Shown here in pieces: positions 22,686 through 37,429 of a stretch of DNA of 64,000 nucleotides. Origin of the DNA: Chrysomallon squamiferum (Eukaryota; Animalia; Mollusca); assembly GCA_012295275.1 (NCBI GenBank), contig CM022679.1, positions 24,118,001 to 24,182,000 on the forward strand. The letters run 5' to 3'. Position numbers and translations under genes: made by a program. The notes under the pieces are model-generated. The model was not told the origin of the DNA. It ran no database searches and saw only the letters and a list, made by a program, of their open reading frames with translations. Position 1 is the stretch's first letter, and every line of letters starts with the position of its first letter.

Positions 22686-23528
22686 CAAACAGTTAACTGG
22701 TTAATTGCAACCAAGCTGTTTAACTTCATTCACTATACTATTTCATGACACCTCTCGTGGATATAAGCACCTGAATCCAGGTCTTTCTGTTCAAGACTGT
22801 TAGTATGTTAAATGGGTAGACTGAAGAGAGAGTCTTACATTTTCCTTGTTAGTTCTGGTTAGGAGCGCAAAACGACACACGAACACTGTATCTAGAGGTT
22901 ATAACTCCCATGATTTAACTATAACGTCACGAATGCTTTTTTTTCACAGTTGAAGACTTATATTTCAAAGAACAATCAATCATTTGTATGGCCAAGACAG
23001 ACGTACTAGAACTCACAGAAGACGTAAAGGTTGATTGATGGACTAGTTTCGTTCTCTTTATTAAAATTTAATTAGGTTTCCCTTTCGTACCAGTTGTTTC
23101 TGTATGTTTCAATGTACTGTTACGTTGGGGTGTTCAAAATATGTACGCTTTTGTTTATAGTAATTTGCAAGTGGTAAGAAAAACCAAACACTGGAGATTG
23201 CGCCGTCTGTTACTTTGTCAGAAAAGTGACCTACATGGATGTTCCTTTGCACGTTTTACTCGCATTTTTATATTTGCTAATCGAGAGCAACAGTGTCTGC
23301 CTGATAATATAATCGTGTAAAATAAAAAAAGAAATGTATGTAGGAAATTGAATCTCAGATTAATATTCTGATATGTTCAGATATATCGCGGGAACCAAAG
23401 CATCATAAACATTTCTGATCAAATCAGCAAAACAATTAAACGTAGAAGAAGAAATCGGTCATTTGTTTAGTAAAACAGCTACAGTTAGGTTTCTGTTTGT
23501 ACAGTGACTTTTATATGAATAGTAAGAA

Positions 23529-23638
<110 letters not shown>

Positions 23639-23768
23639 GCAATACAGTAAAATCTTCACTGTATGTAATATAATTATTTACTTAGAGGAAATTATTTCTT
23701 CTTTTATCCCCGCTCTCTCTCATTTCAATACATATATGAGAGAGAACGGGAAAAAAAGAAGTAATATA

Positions 23769-23803
<35 letters not shown>

Positions 23804-24300
23804 TTATAGGAATTCTTTCCTAACCCATTTCTTCCTTTATTAACTTATTTTTTCTTCATTTGCATTTTTATTTTTTATTATTTTCTTGTGGTTAATAATT
23901 ATTCTCGGCATGTAAACACAAAAACCCCACTGACCTTCAAGACTGATTAGAAACGGCGGCCTGCAACGGTTTTAAGAAAACTAAGTTTTATTACGTACCA
24001 GACTCTTTATGTTAACTCTGATTACATACCAAACTCCATTTCCCTTCCTTTAATGCATTAACGTCATTCGCCACAGGAATTATTGGCGGCGATATTAAAC
24101 TGGGTGGAGGCTGATAATCTTAATGCTGTACTGATCACTTCTCTATTGTTGCGTCTGATAATCAGGTGATGACGTTTTTGTTCTCGCCTATGGCAGATAA
24201 AAGGAGAAAACAGGTGCGCAAAATGTTGTGTTTTTTTCATTACAATTATTTTTCTTGCGTGTTCGCGATCGTGACCATTATTTCCAACCGTTAAAAAGAG

Positions 24301-24339
<39 letters not shown>

Positions 24340-24593
24340 AGCTGTGAACAAAAATGAAGAAAAATAATCAGATATAAAATGTGGTTTTGTATGTAATCAA
24401 TAAAAGCTTGGGACACATTTGTTTAATAACAATGAGATAAAAAGACAGACACGCACATACACACAAACAGACAAAGATGGATAGATAGATAGATAGACAG
24501 GTAGACATAGACATACAGACAGATTATACAGAAAGTTAAAGTAGTCAGGCAGATAGGCAAGTAAGTAAGTAGGATAGAGAGAGAGGAAGAGAG

Positions 24594-24707
<114 letters not shown>

Positions 24708-25166
24708 AATTAGCACATCTGGTCTATTTGTTTATGTTTGTTTAGCTATTCACAAATTAAACAAACACGTGTATGAATATTTGGTTAGACAACGCTTCCC
24801 TAATTAGTTCACTTTAGGAGTAGGTATCACAATTCTGTCCCAACACTTATCCATTTTGAATATAAACATTAACAGGAACGTAAAAACATAAACTTCACAC
24901 AGAAGTTACCTATCAGATTCAGAAAATTCTAAACATATGATCAGCCATAAATTATTTTGATATTGCTACCTGATGCAGATAAAAGGTATAAGGTAGAAAC
25001 TTAGAGAGTTAGCAAGGAACTCGGATATAATTATTTCCTATAGTGGCCAAATATAACTAAACTGAAATACTGTATGTAGTAGTAGCAGTAGTAGTAGTAG
25101 TAGTAGTAATAGGTGCAGCAGCAGCCATAGTAGTAATATAATTAGTTTAAAATGATGATTATTATG

Positions 25167-25219
<53 letters not shown>

Positions 25220-25319
25220 TACTAGAATTTTCCTTTGTTAATCAAAAACATCCATATCTCGTTTCTTCTTTTTTCTTTGTATTTTTCTCACAGTCTTTAT
25301 TTATTTATCTTTTAAATTA

Positions 25320-25361
<42 letters not shown>

Positions 25362-25957
25362 TTATGCTCCTCATTCTGTTGGCAACGCGTTATTTCCGGC
25401 CGTTAGTTCTGTTCTTTTGCTTTAATTTCCTCCATCAGTAGGCTAGGCTTTTCTTCTTTTTTTTTTCCCCCAAAAATTAAAACTGCGTATAAAATCTACT
25501 GGGAAGCTAATTTTCGAAATTATTGTGAACTATATCCCAAAGTCGATTTGTTTGTCCGATATCTAGTTGCCTAACAGAAAGATGACAGCTTCCTGGTATT
25601 AATGCATTCTTATCACGTTCGAGTTTATTCATTTGACAAGGAAAAACAAAGCAGACAGTTTTAATGCAAGTACATGTAACAGTCATTTGCAGTATCGTGT
25701 ATTTTGCCAGTCATATATGTAGGCCACTCGATATTTCATGTAACACTATGCAAATGTCAAAATATCAACTTACTACCCTTTCGGTTTCTTATCAGAAACT
25801 GGGGCAGTCTATGTTTGACAGTTTGAAAGCGAGTTTTGAAAATCATCGATTTAGTGAGTTCCCTGAGTTGAAGAGGGTTACAAGGTCTCGCCTCAGAAAG
25901 AACAATAGTTTTCTAATTCCAGCTTACTATTAGTGCATTGTAAATAATAAAAAACGA

Positions 25958-26104
<147 letters not shown>

Positions 26105-26384
26105 ACTCTAAGGACATATAACAAGATGTCAGTAATTAGAAATCGGAGTTAAAAAAAAAAAGCCAAAAGAAAAATAACAAACAAAAAACGTAATAAACAA
26201 ATAAATAACAACAGAAAAACGTACCAAGGGACTTAAACAATTATTGGCAATGACAGGGTAATAATAAATCGGCGTGAATTCAGCTAGCTCTAAAATTACT
26301 AAGGTCATCGAAAGAGAAATGTTGTTGTTTTTGTTGATGTTGTTTTGTTGTTGTTATTATTATTATTGCTATTATTACTGGTCG

Positions 26385-26790
26385 TAGCAGCATCAGAAGT
26401 ATTAGTAGTAGCAGCAGCAGCAGAAGTAGTAGTAGCGGATGTTGTAGTAATAGTAGTAGTAGTAGTCATAGTAGTAGTAGTAGTAGCAATAGCAGCAGCA
26501 GTAATGGTAGCAGCAGAACTAGTAGTATTAGTATTAACAGTAGTAGTAGAAGTAGTAGCAGTAGCAGTAGCAGCAGCAGCAGCAGCAGTAGCAGTAATAG
26601 CAGTAATAATAATATTAGTTACAGCAGCAAAAGCAACAGTAGTGTTAGTAGTAGCAGCAGCAGCAGCTGTAGTACAGCAGTAGCAGCGGCATCAGTAGTA
26701 GTAGTAGTAGCAGCAGCAACAGCAGCAACAGCGGCAGTAGTACTAGCAGAATAGCAGCAGTATTAGGGGCAGCAGTATTAGCAGTAGCAA
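26385..26790. repeat. Degenerate (GTA/GCA)n trinucleotide tract
   Basis: Direct reading; produces the poly-V/A ORF 26345..26683. Confidence 0.92.
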
Positions 26791-27576
26791 TAGTTGTTAT
26801 TGTTGTCGTTGTTATTTTTGTAATGTTTTATTTACCACTATATTATATTTCCCCTCTTTTTCACTGTTCGTTTCGTATTTCATCATTTTCCTCAAATCGT
26901 CATCACCATAATAACTCCTTTGCAAATCATCATCATTTTCTTCTATCTACATTCGTTCCCAAATAAAACAGTAATTTATAAATATAGCAAGTAACAGAGA
27001 TTCTTTCAGGCAGAATGTTGCTTAATGTTTTCGGTCAAGTGGTAGATATTAATAGTTTCCAATTTCGTTTCTTTCATATTTCCAGAATCCTTAAAAAACA
27101 AGTGAGCGGTTCTTTTTAGCATCGCGTAGTTAATATACTGTTACTGAAGTAATAATATTTGAAAACTGTTTTAGTTTGTATCGCGAAATTGTATTATTAT
27201 TATTAAACCGAAAATAGTCACTTATTTTTACACCTCTCTTACTTCTGTTCTTCATTACATTATATTCTAGTTGAGAGGTTAGAGAGATGTCTTGACTGTG
27301 GTTGGTATCAGGTTCAGTTCTAATTAGTGGACTTATTGTATGAAACCGAATACAAATTAGTATAAATATATTAAATCTCTGCATTCTCTGCTTGGTATTA
27401 AAAGCTGTGGATCAGTTTTGTCTTGTTTGATCGTTAGTGCTGTGTTCAGTTTCGCTATTTTGGACACATCCATAAACAAACGAAGCAAAAATAACCGACT
27501 TCTATTTATATACAATCGTAAACACAGACAAAACATACACCATGTTTTCAAATAGTTTTACACACACACATACGCA

Positions 27577-27692
<116 letters not shown>

Positions 27693-28221
27693 AACAAAGA
27701 CATAAGTATGTATTCCTCATTACAAATTTCGTAAATTCTTTGACACTGGTCAAAGTAATATACCCTGTCATCGTGGCATGGTGTTCGCAGAGAATTAGGT
27801 GCAGTTTTAATTGAGGAGGAATTTACGATCTCGAGAATCAACATAACTGTTCAATTATATGTCAATACTTTACTACGTCACTGATAGAAATTTGTTGACG
27901 TAAATAGAAAGATGGTTACATTTGGTTCACTCTCGCAGTTAACAGACACTTACGCGTTCTTCACATTGTTACTATTCACTCGTTACAAAAACTAAAGTAT
28001 CCGAAAATACCAGCATAAACCGCAATGAACCTATACGTATCAAGAACGTCTTGAGTGTAATGTTTTGGTAAATTAAATTATGTTTCATTGAAGTGTACTG
28101 GTTTTAGTTTTGCTTTCTTTACATTGAAAAGCTTCAGTACATAAACACTTTATATCCAAGTAAAAGATTTCTCTTTGAGAATTGAATTCATTATGGACAT
28201 TAGACGAAAATGTACTTGTTG

Positions 28222-28308
<87 letters not shown>

Positions 28309-29711
28309 GTAATATATAAGGGATATTTCAATGACAGCTGTGGTTTATGAAGAAACGAATTTAACCCGCTTGATAAAAAAAATAAATATATATATATATA
28401 TATAATAATATGCAGAAATACTTTCCAGTTTTAATTTCACTTCACACGAAAATATTAAACGAACTCGACGCTTTTTCGGTCTTTTCTTCACTTCTGTTTG
28501 AACTGCTTTTAAACAAAGGTCATAACGCATAAAGGTCATAGCAGAGGAGATATAAAACTGACAATCACTGGTAATAACTAAGTTTATTACTTGAGACTAA
28601 TGTCTGTCAGGCGGTGGTTATATACGCCTATTATGTCACGAAACGCGTAAATCGTTCCATAAGCGCTTGCTCTTTTACGACCATCACGCATAGCGCTGCC
28701 GACATTCATTTCAGTTTCTGTTAAGGACGTATTATTACTCGTTGTGATTCCCACATTCGTTTAGGCTTTATTGTTTCGGTTTGAGGTTTTAAGGACTTAA
28801 CGCATTTTACTTTATTTGACGTCTAATCTCCAGAAATGGAAGTTTATTGAGAAAGAAATCATCTTTATGGCTTTTGTCCGATGTTAACCGACTATATGGT
28901 GTGTAGAAACGGAAAAAGAGAATTATGGGGAAAAGATCACGAGTATTAATTCTCTTCACGGAGAAGAAATGAAAAACGAGTAAGAAAGAAATATTTGATT
29001 TAACCATGAATTCAACTCTTTTTACATATAGTTTAGTATGACTCATACAAATAGTTAACGACAGTGTATGTAATGAGATAAGAACGTCTAACATCACTTG
29101 ATCGGGTAAAAAAAAATAATTTCGATTAGCGAAAGGGACATTTATACACACCGTCCAATAAACAGGAAAATACAAACTAGAGCGCATGATAAATCGAACA
29201 TGTAGAAATAGCTGGAACGGGAAATAGTTCCGTAACCAGTGATAAGAACAGAAGGATGGAGAAAACAAAGAAGAAGACGAGAAAAATGATGATAAAGAAG
29301 AAGAAAGAAGAAAAAATACTGACTTAATTTTAATCGTAATAATAATACCAAAACGTCACTTCCAATTATTTCATTATGTAAGCTACTTTCCGGAATAAAG
29401 CTTTCTTTCTATCTTTCTTTGTTTTCTTTCTTTTTTTCTTCTTTTTTTCTGTAATTGTATATTTTTGAAGTAAATTAACTCAAATGTAAGATATTCCCAA
29501 GACTGTGACTGCTGAAGTTATTGAAAAATTTCTGTTCGTGCTGGTATTACATTAATATTCAATGCAGGCGTCCGAGTTATCTGCTTTCTGTAATCTTGGG
29601 GATTTTCTGTATTTTTAGATTAGTCACTGATACATCACAGAATCGTACTTTGTAGGTTTTTTTGCTTTCGTACTTTTTAGTTTGTTTCTTTGGGTTCTTT
29701 TTTCTTTCGTT

Positions 29712-29747
<36 letters not shown>

Positions 29748-31648
29748 TTTTTTTATTCGTTTGTTGTTTCTTTTGTTTTGTTTTTGTGTTCTTTGTTGTT
29801 ATTTTTTCTTTTATCTTATATATCTGTATTATAGAAAAGAATAAAAGAAAAAACCGACACACATATATATATATATCTTTTTCTCCCAGTTTTTTCGTTC
29901 TTTCACCATTTCTTTCTCGATTATTTTTTCACTTTGTTTTGTGTCTTTACATTTGTTTGTTTTTTTCCTTTGCGTCAATTTATGCCTTAAATCGTTCCTA
30001 CTTTATGTTTTTTTTTTCACTGGTTCAACCTTATTTCTATTTTAATTTTTCTTCTTTCTTTCTTTCCTTTCTGCCTTCCTTATCTCTTTCTTTTTTCGTC
30101 AGTATTATTTATTACATTCCAACGGAGTTCAAATACTATTCGCCATTTTTCCTTTACTCCTTTGTTAAGCGGAAAAAAATAAAAAAATAAAGAATAACTT
30201 CTAGATATATTTTCTTTCATTTTCATTTCCACAAGAAAATTAACTCTGTTCCCAGTGGGAAATGATTTGGTACCTTGTAACCCATAGACCGTTCGCTAAC
30301 TAGCGTTGCGCTGACGTATCATAACCTAGATGAATTAACTACGGAACGAATATACACAGAGATATCATAAACACTGGGTGTCCTGGGGGTTTCTCTTCTG
30401 CACTGTTTCTTTGTTGATTCCGCTCTGTCATTATCTTTCCCCTATTAGATACATGACTTGCAGCAGTCTCAACATGATCGCTGAGGCTGCTTCCCGGGGT
30501 CTGTGTATTCCGCGAACTTAGAGTACCAGTCGCATCCGCTGATAGTCACATAACCATTATAGTCACGATAATCAAATAAATAAATAGGATGTGTCCACAA
30601 ATACTTGCCTTTATATACATACAAAGACGTAATAATACAAACGTGCAAAAACGTGCAAAAACGTGCAAACATACACCCACACCCATACCCACCCACCCAC
30701 CCACCCACCACACACATTCACACACATACATATTCATACATGCATACATACATACATACATACATACATACATACATACATACATACATACATACCTAAA
30801 ACAATTAAACTCATTTTATATTATATATATTATATTATATATATTATATATATATATTTTTTTTTCTTATAACTTTTCTTATAACTCATTAAAAATATAA
30901 CATGCGTTCTTAATACAACAAAACATGTATTCAAGTAGCTATAGAAATTAATTTAGGTTAGTAAAAATTGCCCGATTTTTCCAAGAAGCGTACTTCACAC
31001 GTTCATATTAACAACATTTCAGTCATTAACCTTCCAAGTGGTTTTTCTGACCTTTTCGCAAGATAACGTACCTAGAGCTGTTTTCTAACTAGTCGGCCAT
31101 TGTGTTAATGAGTGGCAGTTCCAGTCTTGAACTATATTTGTTTACTCTGTCTTTATAATGAAAGTCGAAGCTCGACCTTATTTAAAAAAGAGAAATTCCC
31201 TAGAGAAATGTTTCATTAATATTTGTATTTCCTAAAACCGCAAGCTGGCTAGACACGGAATGACAGCTTCAGGTGTTAAATTATTTTAGTATTTCGATGT
31301 TTTGGGACAAAACTACGATGAAATGCGTATAAGTTACGGTTGTAGATATAGACTAATTACAATTTTTGTGAAGGTTTGTATCCAAATAAATGTTTTGTTT
31401 CTCAACATTAGCCTTCGGTGATGACAGAGTTTGACAATAATATAGACCAATGTGGATAAACAGAGGATGACATATTTATCTTTTCGTTACGGGTTTCTTA
31501 AATAAAACATTCTAAAAACTGCGTTAACTTATAGTATTGATGTACTAAACCTATCACATTTTTATTATTGTTGTTATTGTTATTTATAATTATTATTATT
31601 ATTATTCCTGTTGTTACTGTTATTGCTGTTACTACTACTACTACTACC

Positions 31649-31760
<112 letters not shown>

Positions 31761-32100
31761 ATACACTTTGTTATTAATAAAGATTGGTATCAGCAATTAA
31801 GAACAAAGTGTATTTATGCCATTCAAAGAACACCTGTTTCTCGCCACAACACGATAGCGAGATCGAGAGAAACAAGGACTACTTGTGTAGGAAAAGATAA
31901 CACTGGTGATACCTTTACTTGAAAACATAAACACAATAATTATTACAAACAGAAGTTTGGAGCTCTGCTCAATAACATGACAGGTTGGCCCACAGCCAGC
32001 ATTTACGCTTGATGAAAGATTTAAAAGAATTAAGAAAGATTCGCGCTAATGGTTTTAATAACCGGACACGAATATCGCCATCATCACTGACATCAGTAGC

Positions 32101-32131
<31 letters not shown>

Positions 32132-32309
32132 CGTGCGTGCGTAAAAACAAGACATATGCACGATCGGTGTTTCATAAACATAAACAGATACAATTACTTT
32201 ATACATCTACACTGACTGACTTAAGAAAACGTGGTAAGTTTTGAAAACAGAAGTAGTAGCTGATATTGTAGAACAGTAATGATAACCGCAATAGTGGTAG
32301 TAATAGATA

Positions 32310-32358
<49 letters not shown>

Positions 32359-32363
32359 ACTAA

Positions 32364-32396
<33 letters not shown>

Positions 32397-33727
32397 CAGC
32401 AGCAGCAGTAGAAATGATAGTATTATTAATAGTACCAGTTGTAGTAGTTGTAGTGAAAGCAATAGGAATAGCAGTAGTAGTGTTAGCAGTAGTAGCAATA
32501 GTAATAACACTAGTAGAAGCAGCAATGGGAGTAGGAGTATAAGCACTAGTAACTGTCATTGTTATTGCTTTCCCTTCTTCATCCCGGAGATCGATTAATT
32601 AATTAACGTTCTCCTGAGTTTTGTTTTACCCACAGAGACGTCTGGTAACATCCAAACTCGGTGTCAGGTCATGTGAAAACAAATCTCTTTAGATTAATCT
32701 TACTCCGCCTGATTACTTAGATCGGATACTGTCTGGTGATTTTGTCTAATGCATCGTTTACAATTAATGTGGTTGTACGATTGTCAAATGACGCAGCGTG
32801 TTATAATCATACAGGGGAATAGCGATGGTTTGTAATAATGGGTTTCGCTATTACAACCTCCTGTGTTTTATTTGTGTAAAGATGCGCGTACCAGCAATAT
32901 GAAGAAAGAGCAAAATATTGGGATTTTAGGTAAATACATAAGTGCTTGAGTTTGAAAAAAATAATAAATAAATAAATAAATTAATTAATTAATTAATTAA
33001 TTAAAAATAATAATAAAAATAAAATAAGAAAATGAACGTATGAATTAATAAATATTGCAACTTACAGATTCCTGTAGAAGCTTTAAAATAAACGAAATTT
33101 TTTTTTTTTTCTTCGTGTGGAAGAAAGGATGTTGTGTGCGTGAATGTCTCTGGATCTTCGACTCTGAAGTTTTCTCCGATTGTTTTTTCTTTTTTTCTAT
33201 TACAGGTTTCCTCGATTCATTTCTTGTTCTAGATGCTTGAAATTAAATTTCCGAAACAGCGAAATGAGATATAAAAGGTTTTCAGATAATAACAGTCCAG
33301 ACGCCAGAACGTCATAACCAAAAGTTTATAGTCTCAATTGTTTCTGTTTGTGTCAAGTTTTGTGAAATAATAGAAAAAGAAAACGAAAAAAGAGTTAATA
33401 CGGTACACTAAGTTACTACTACTATTACTACTACTACTGCTGCTGCTTCTACTACTACTACTACTAATAATAATAATAATAATAAAACAACAATAAAATA
33501 TTTTTAAGTGTCCGATAGTCAGATTTGTGATTATGACAGTTTCTCAGATTATGTGGTTGGAAGCTACAGTCTTGGATGGGCATATTAATATACTGGTGTA
33601 TGAATTCTTTGTGCCATTGCCCATTCCAACCAGTCATCAAAGACAGATTAGAACGGGCAATGTATGTTCAGTGAATTAATTTAACACGTTTAATCCACAC
33701 CATCGTCTCCCAGCCTGTGAACCCTTG

Positions 33728-34178
33728 TCTACTGAAATCTCATATTTATGATTTGTTTCTTAATTGAATTTTTTGCAAAATGTTAGCAGATTATCCCTTA
33801 TGTATATTTATGATATTTTTTAAATTGAGATTTTGGCAAAACGTTAACATATTATACCTCATGTACTTACTTTTCTTATTGATGATATTCTTTAATTGAC
33901 TTTTTTGCAAAAAGGTTTGCATATTATCTTCTCGTGAACTGAATTTTCACATTCTCGATATTCTTTGAATTACTTTTTTTTTTAATTTTCAGATGTTTTA
34001 TAAGAATTCTCTGAATTATAATTATTATTATTATTATTATTATTATTAAATAGTCAGATTAAACCTTTGTGTACAGAATTCTCATATTTATGAAATTCTT
34101 TGAATGACATCTTTTTTTTTTAAAGCTTGAAGCTTGTCCCGCATGCACTGAAATCTCATATTTATGACATTGTCTTAA
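33728..34178. repeat. Old degenerate tandem repeat, unit about 60-70 bp
   Basis: Recurring blocks ctcatatttatga, ttaattga.tttttgcaaaa and gtt.gca.attat; actgaaatctcatatttatga is exact at about 33731 and about 34147. Confidence 0.8.
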
Positions 34179-34886
34179 TATTTAAAAAAAAAAAAAAAAG
34201 AAAAAGATAGATTATTAGATCAATAGATTCTTATGAGCATTTCACTTAAATTACTATACACCGAGTGAACGGAATCTAATCTATCATCATGGCGGAAATG
34301 ATCGCATTACTTCACTTGCATGACTCAGTCAGTTTCAATTTCTTTTTGACATTTTTATTTGACAGATAGCTGAAATAAAGTGTCTCTTTTATTTTTTTAT
34401 ACATCTTCAAGAACTAACTCCAATAACTGTTATTAATAGTCAAATTTCAACAAAATATATTATTTGAGTAACCGACTGTCTTGCATGCGTCATAATGATA
34501 TCGATTCAAAGGCTCTTAAATCAGTGAATACTACTAACACGTCAAACCCATTTCAGCTTAAACTTTATTAGGTGTCAGTTGTGCAATGAATAAATGAATG
34601 GATAAATAAATAAATACTTAATATACTGCTACTCGTATTCAGTAACTATAAAAGAACATTATACACATTATTTCGTTCAGAGACTAGGACGTACATTTGA
34701 TAAATTTGTCATTAGTTTGCTGGCTGGGACGAAAACCAGACAAAATGGGCTTTTGAAATAACAGGAACACAAGGGAATGACAATTGAACTGACACATACA
34801 TCTATCTAACTATCCATATTTTCATATTAGCATGTATTTTCTCCGTGAATCCATTTATCCAGCCATTCAAAAGTACGTACCTAGTT

Positions 34887-35173
34887 GCAATGAGAAGCAT
34901 AAGTATGTGCTCCCACTTATATGTATTTAAAAAATTAAACTCATTTTCATATTAGATTATTCAGAAAGTCTCTTCATATTATTTTTTTTTCTCGGGTTCG
35001 TAATAATATTTAATTAGATATGGGTTGTTTTTGTTTTTTTTCAAAAATAAGTAATTAATAAAATCATTTTATTTGTAATGAGAAGCGTAATTATGTATTC
35101 CCACTAATATGAAATAAACTAATTTTCTTCTATGAATCATTCAGAAAGTCGGTTTACATTATTTTGTATCTCG
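34887..35173. repeat. Diverged local direct duplication of about 100 bp
   Basis: aatgagaagc.taa.tatgt..tcccact.atatg...attcagaaagtc...attatttt...tctcg occurs twice, about 188 bp apart. Confidence 0.8.
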
Positions 35174-35199
35174 TATACATACACACACACACACATACA

Positions 35200-35265
<66 letters not shown>

Positions 35266-36377
35266 TTTTTTTTAGAAAATGCACCAAGGTTGAAATTAAT
35301 AAATGATAAGTTGTTTTAAAACATTACATTAAATATACTTTTGAATTTTTCTGTAGAGTGTTTCAAAATTCTGGGTGGTGAAATGGGTAATCATCAAGCT
35401 TGTCAAATTGAACACTTTTGTTTTGTTTTTGGGGGGTTTTTGGGGTTGTTTTTTTTTAAACTTTTTTTAATATAAGTAGGAAGTATTTTTATTGTGGTTA
35501 TTGTGTGGCGAGGAAAGAGCACATATTTGTGTTTTTATTTTCAAATGTTTATAAACAGAAGCTAGTGAAAGACGATGTCAACATATGAAATTAGAAAAAA
35601 ATAAATCAAAAACTGATCCGAAACAAAAAATTCATGACAAAAAACATTCTTGCTTTTTCTACTTATCTCCCTTGATTCAGTAGTCATCCAAAGAATTTTA
35701 CAAAAGACAAACCTGATTAAAATGACCTGGAATACGTCTCATGAGCTTTTTTCTCAATTTATTCTAGAGGTGAAAGGACAATTCATAGCAAAATTCCACA
35801 GAATTTGAATGTGTGAACCACGACTTAAAGATTAAGTAAGATTAGAGATACGTGCATGCGTATTACTGAGCTATTTCAGTGAGTGGAAAGTGCTGTAACA
35901 GACTAAGCTCATAATATAGTTGAGTCTTATTGGCGTCTATGCGTTCTCTAAAATAAATCTCTAAAGGGTGAAATCTGCTTCTTTCTTGAAGTTATATTCA
36001 TTAATAGGTGTGTTTTCAAATATAATATCTTCATAGAAGTAATTTTGATATTCCTTTCCAATAATATTAACTATTTTATTTCATAAAACAAATAATAGGG
36101 TAATCAGACTGAAACCAAACCAGTGCAAAAAAGTCAGTCAGACGGAGCCATAAAAAAAATCGCCGAAATCAGTACAAAATGCCAGGTCAGACTGAGTCAC
36201 AAATGAAATCATATATTTTGTGAATTAGAAAACAACAATAAACAAAACACTTTGTTATTTCCTCTTTCGCTGTAATTATATTAGTATATTAGTATGTATA
36301 TAATATATATGTATGTATGTTTGTATAGAAGTATGTATTTATGTATGTGTGTTTGAGTGTGTGTGTGTATGTGTGTT

Positions 36378-36451
<74 letters not shown>

Positions 36452-36656
36452 TAATATGTACATATTTCGAACGCTAATTTAAAATTTTATATAATTACAC
36501 GATTAGGAATCAATTAAATATTTTAAAATATTGAAAGTATAAACAAAGTTTTTATTTTATCACCATCATCACTACCCTAAAAGAACGAGAACAACAACAA
36601 TAACAATAAAACAGGAAAATATCAGTAACTAAATAAACAAAGAAATTGATAATAAA

Positions 36657-36722
<66 letters not shown>

Positions 36723-37348
36723 CATGATAATAATAATAATGAGATAAAATAAAAAATACAAAAACCCAACATATAATTTAGTCTTAGGTTAGAGAAATAC
36801 ATGTCAAAAATAGGCTGATGATTGTCACCATTTCTCATATAAATTTTGTCCAAAATATTTAAATTTCACCCATTTTCATCTCAGCGAGGAAAGAAAAAAT
36901 AACCATCTTTTGAAACTATCGCTGAAATTGAACCCCAAGTCGACAGATGAATTTCCACCATCAGTACCACATTAAGTAGATTAAAGTATTGGATTTGCTG
37001 CAGTGCTCTCTGTAACGGAACAATTTAGATGTCTCTGTGTCTCCTGGGAGAACGCACGATGCACCGTTGATCATTACTTATGAACGTGTAATTGCTTTAA
37101 CTGTTGAGATAGTGATCGCTTAATAGTTGTGCCACCTACAGTGTGCTTAATCTACGAGGAGAGCTGATAATGTGATATGTGAAATCTGGAGTAATCAGCA
37201 TGTACTGTTAAACAGTCTTAGAACAGTGAAGGTGGACATTTGCTAATATAATCTGAATTTAAGGGGGACTGTGTTTAAGTAATTATAATTATGTGACTCT
37301 CGCTCTCCTCTTCTTATCTTCCGTTCTTCTGTACGTCTCTCTCTCTCT

Positions 37349-37429
<81 letters not shown>

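Noticed and set aside
26345-26683. Poly-Val/Ala ORF resembling a membrane or structural protein
   Set aside because: Translation of a degenerate GTA/GCA microsatellite.
28807-30190. Long Phe/Leu-rich ORFs
   Set aside because: Products of T-rich low-complexity sequence with no homology signal or exon boundaries.
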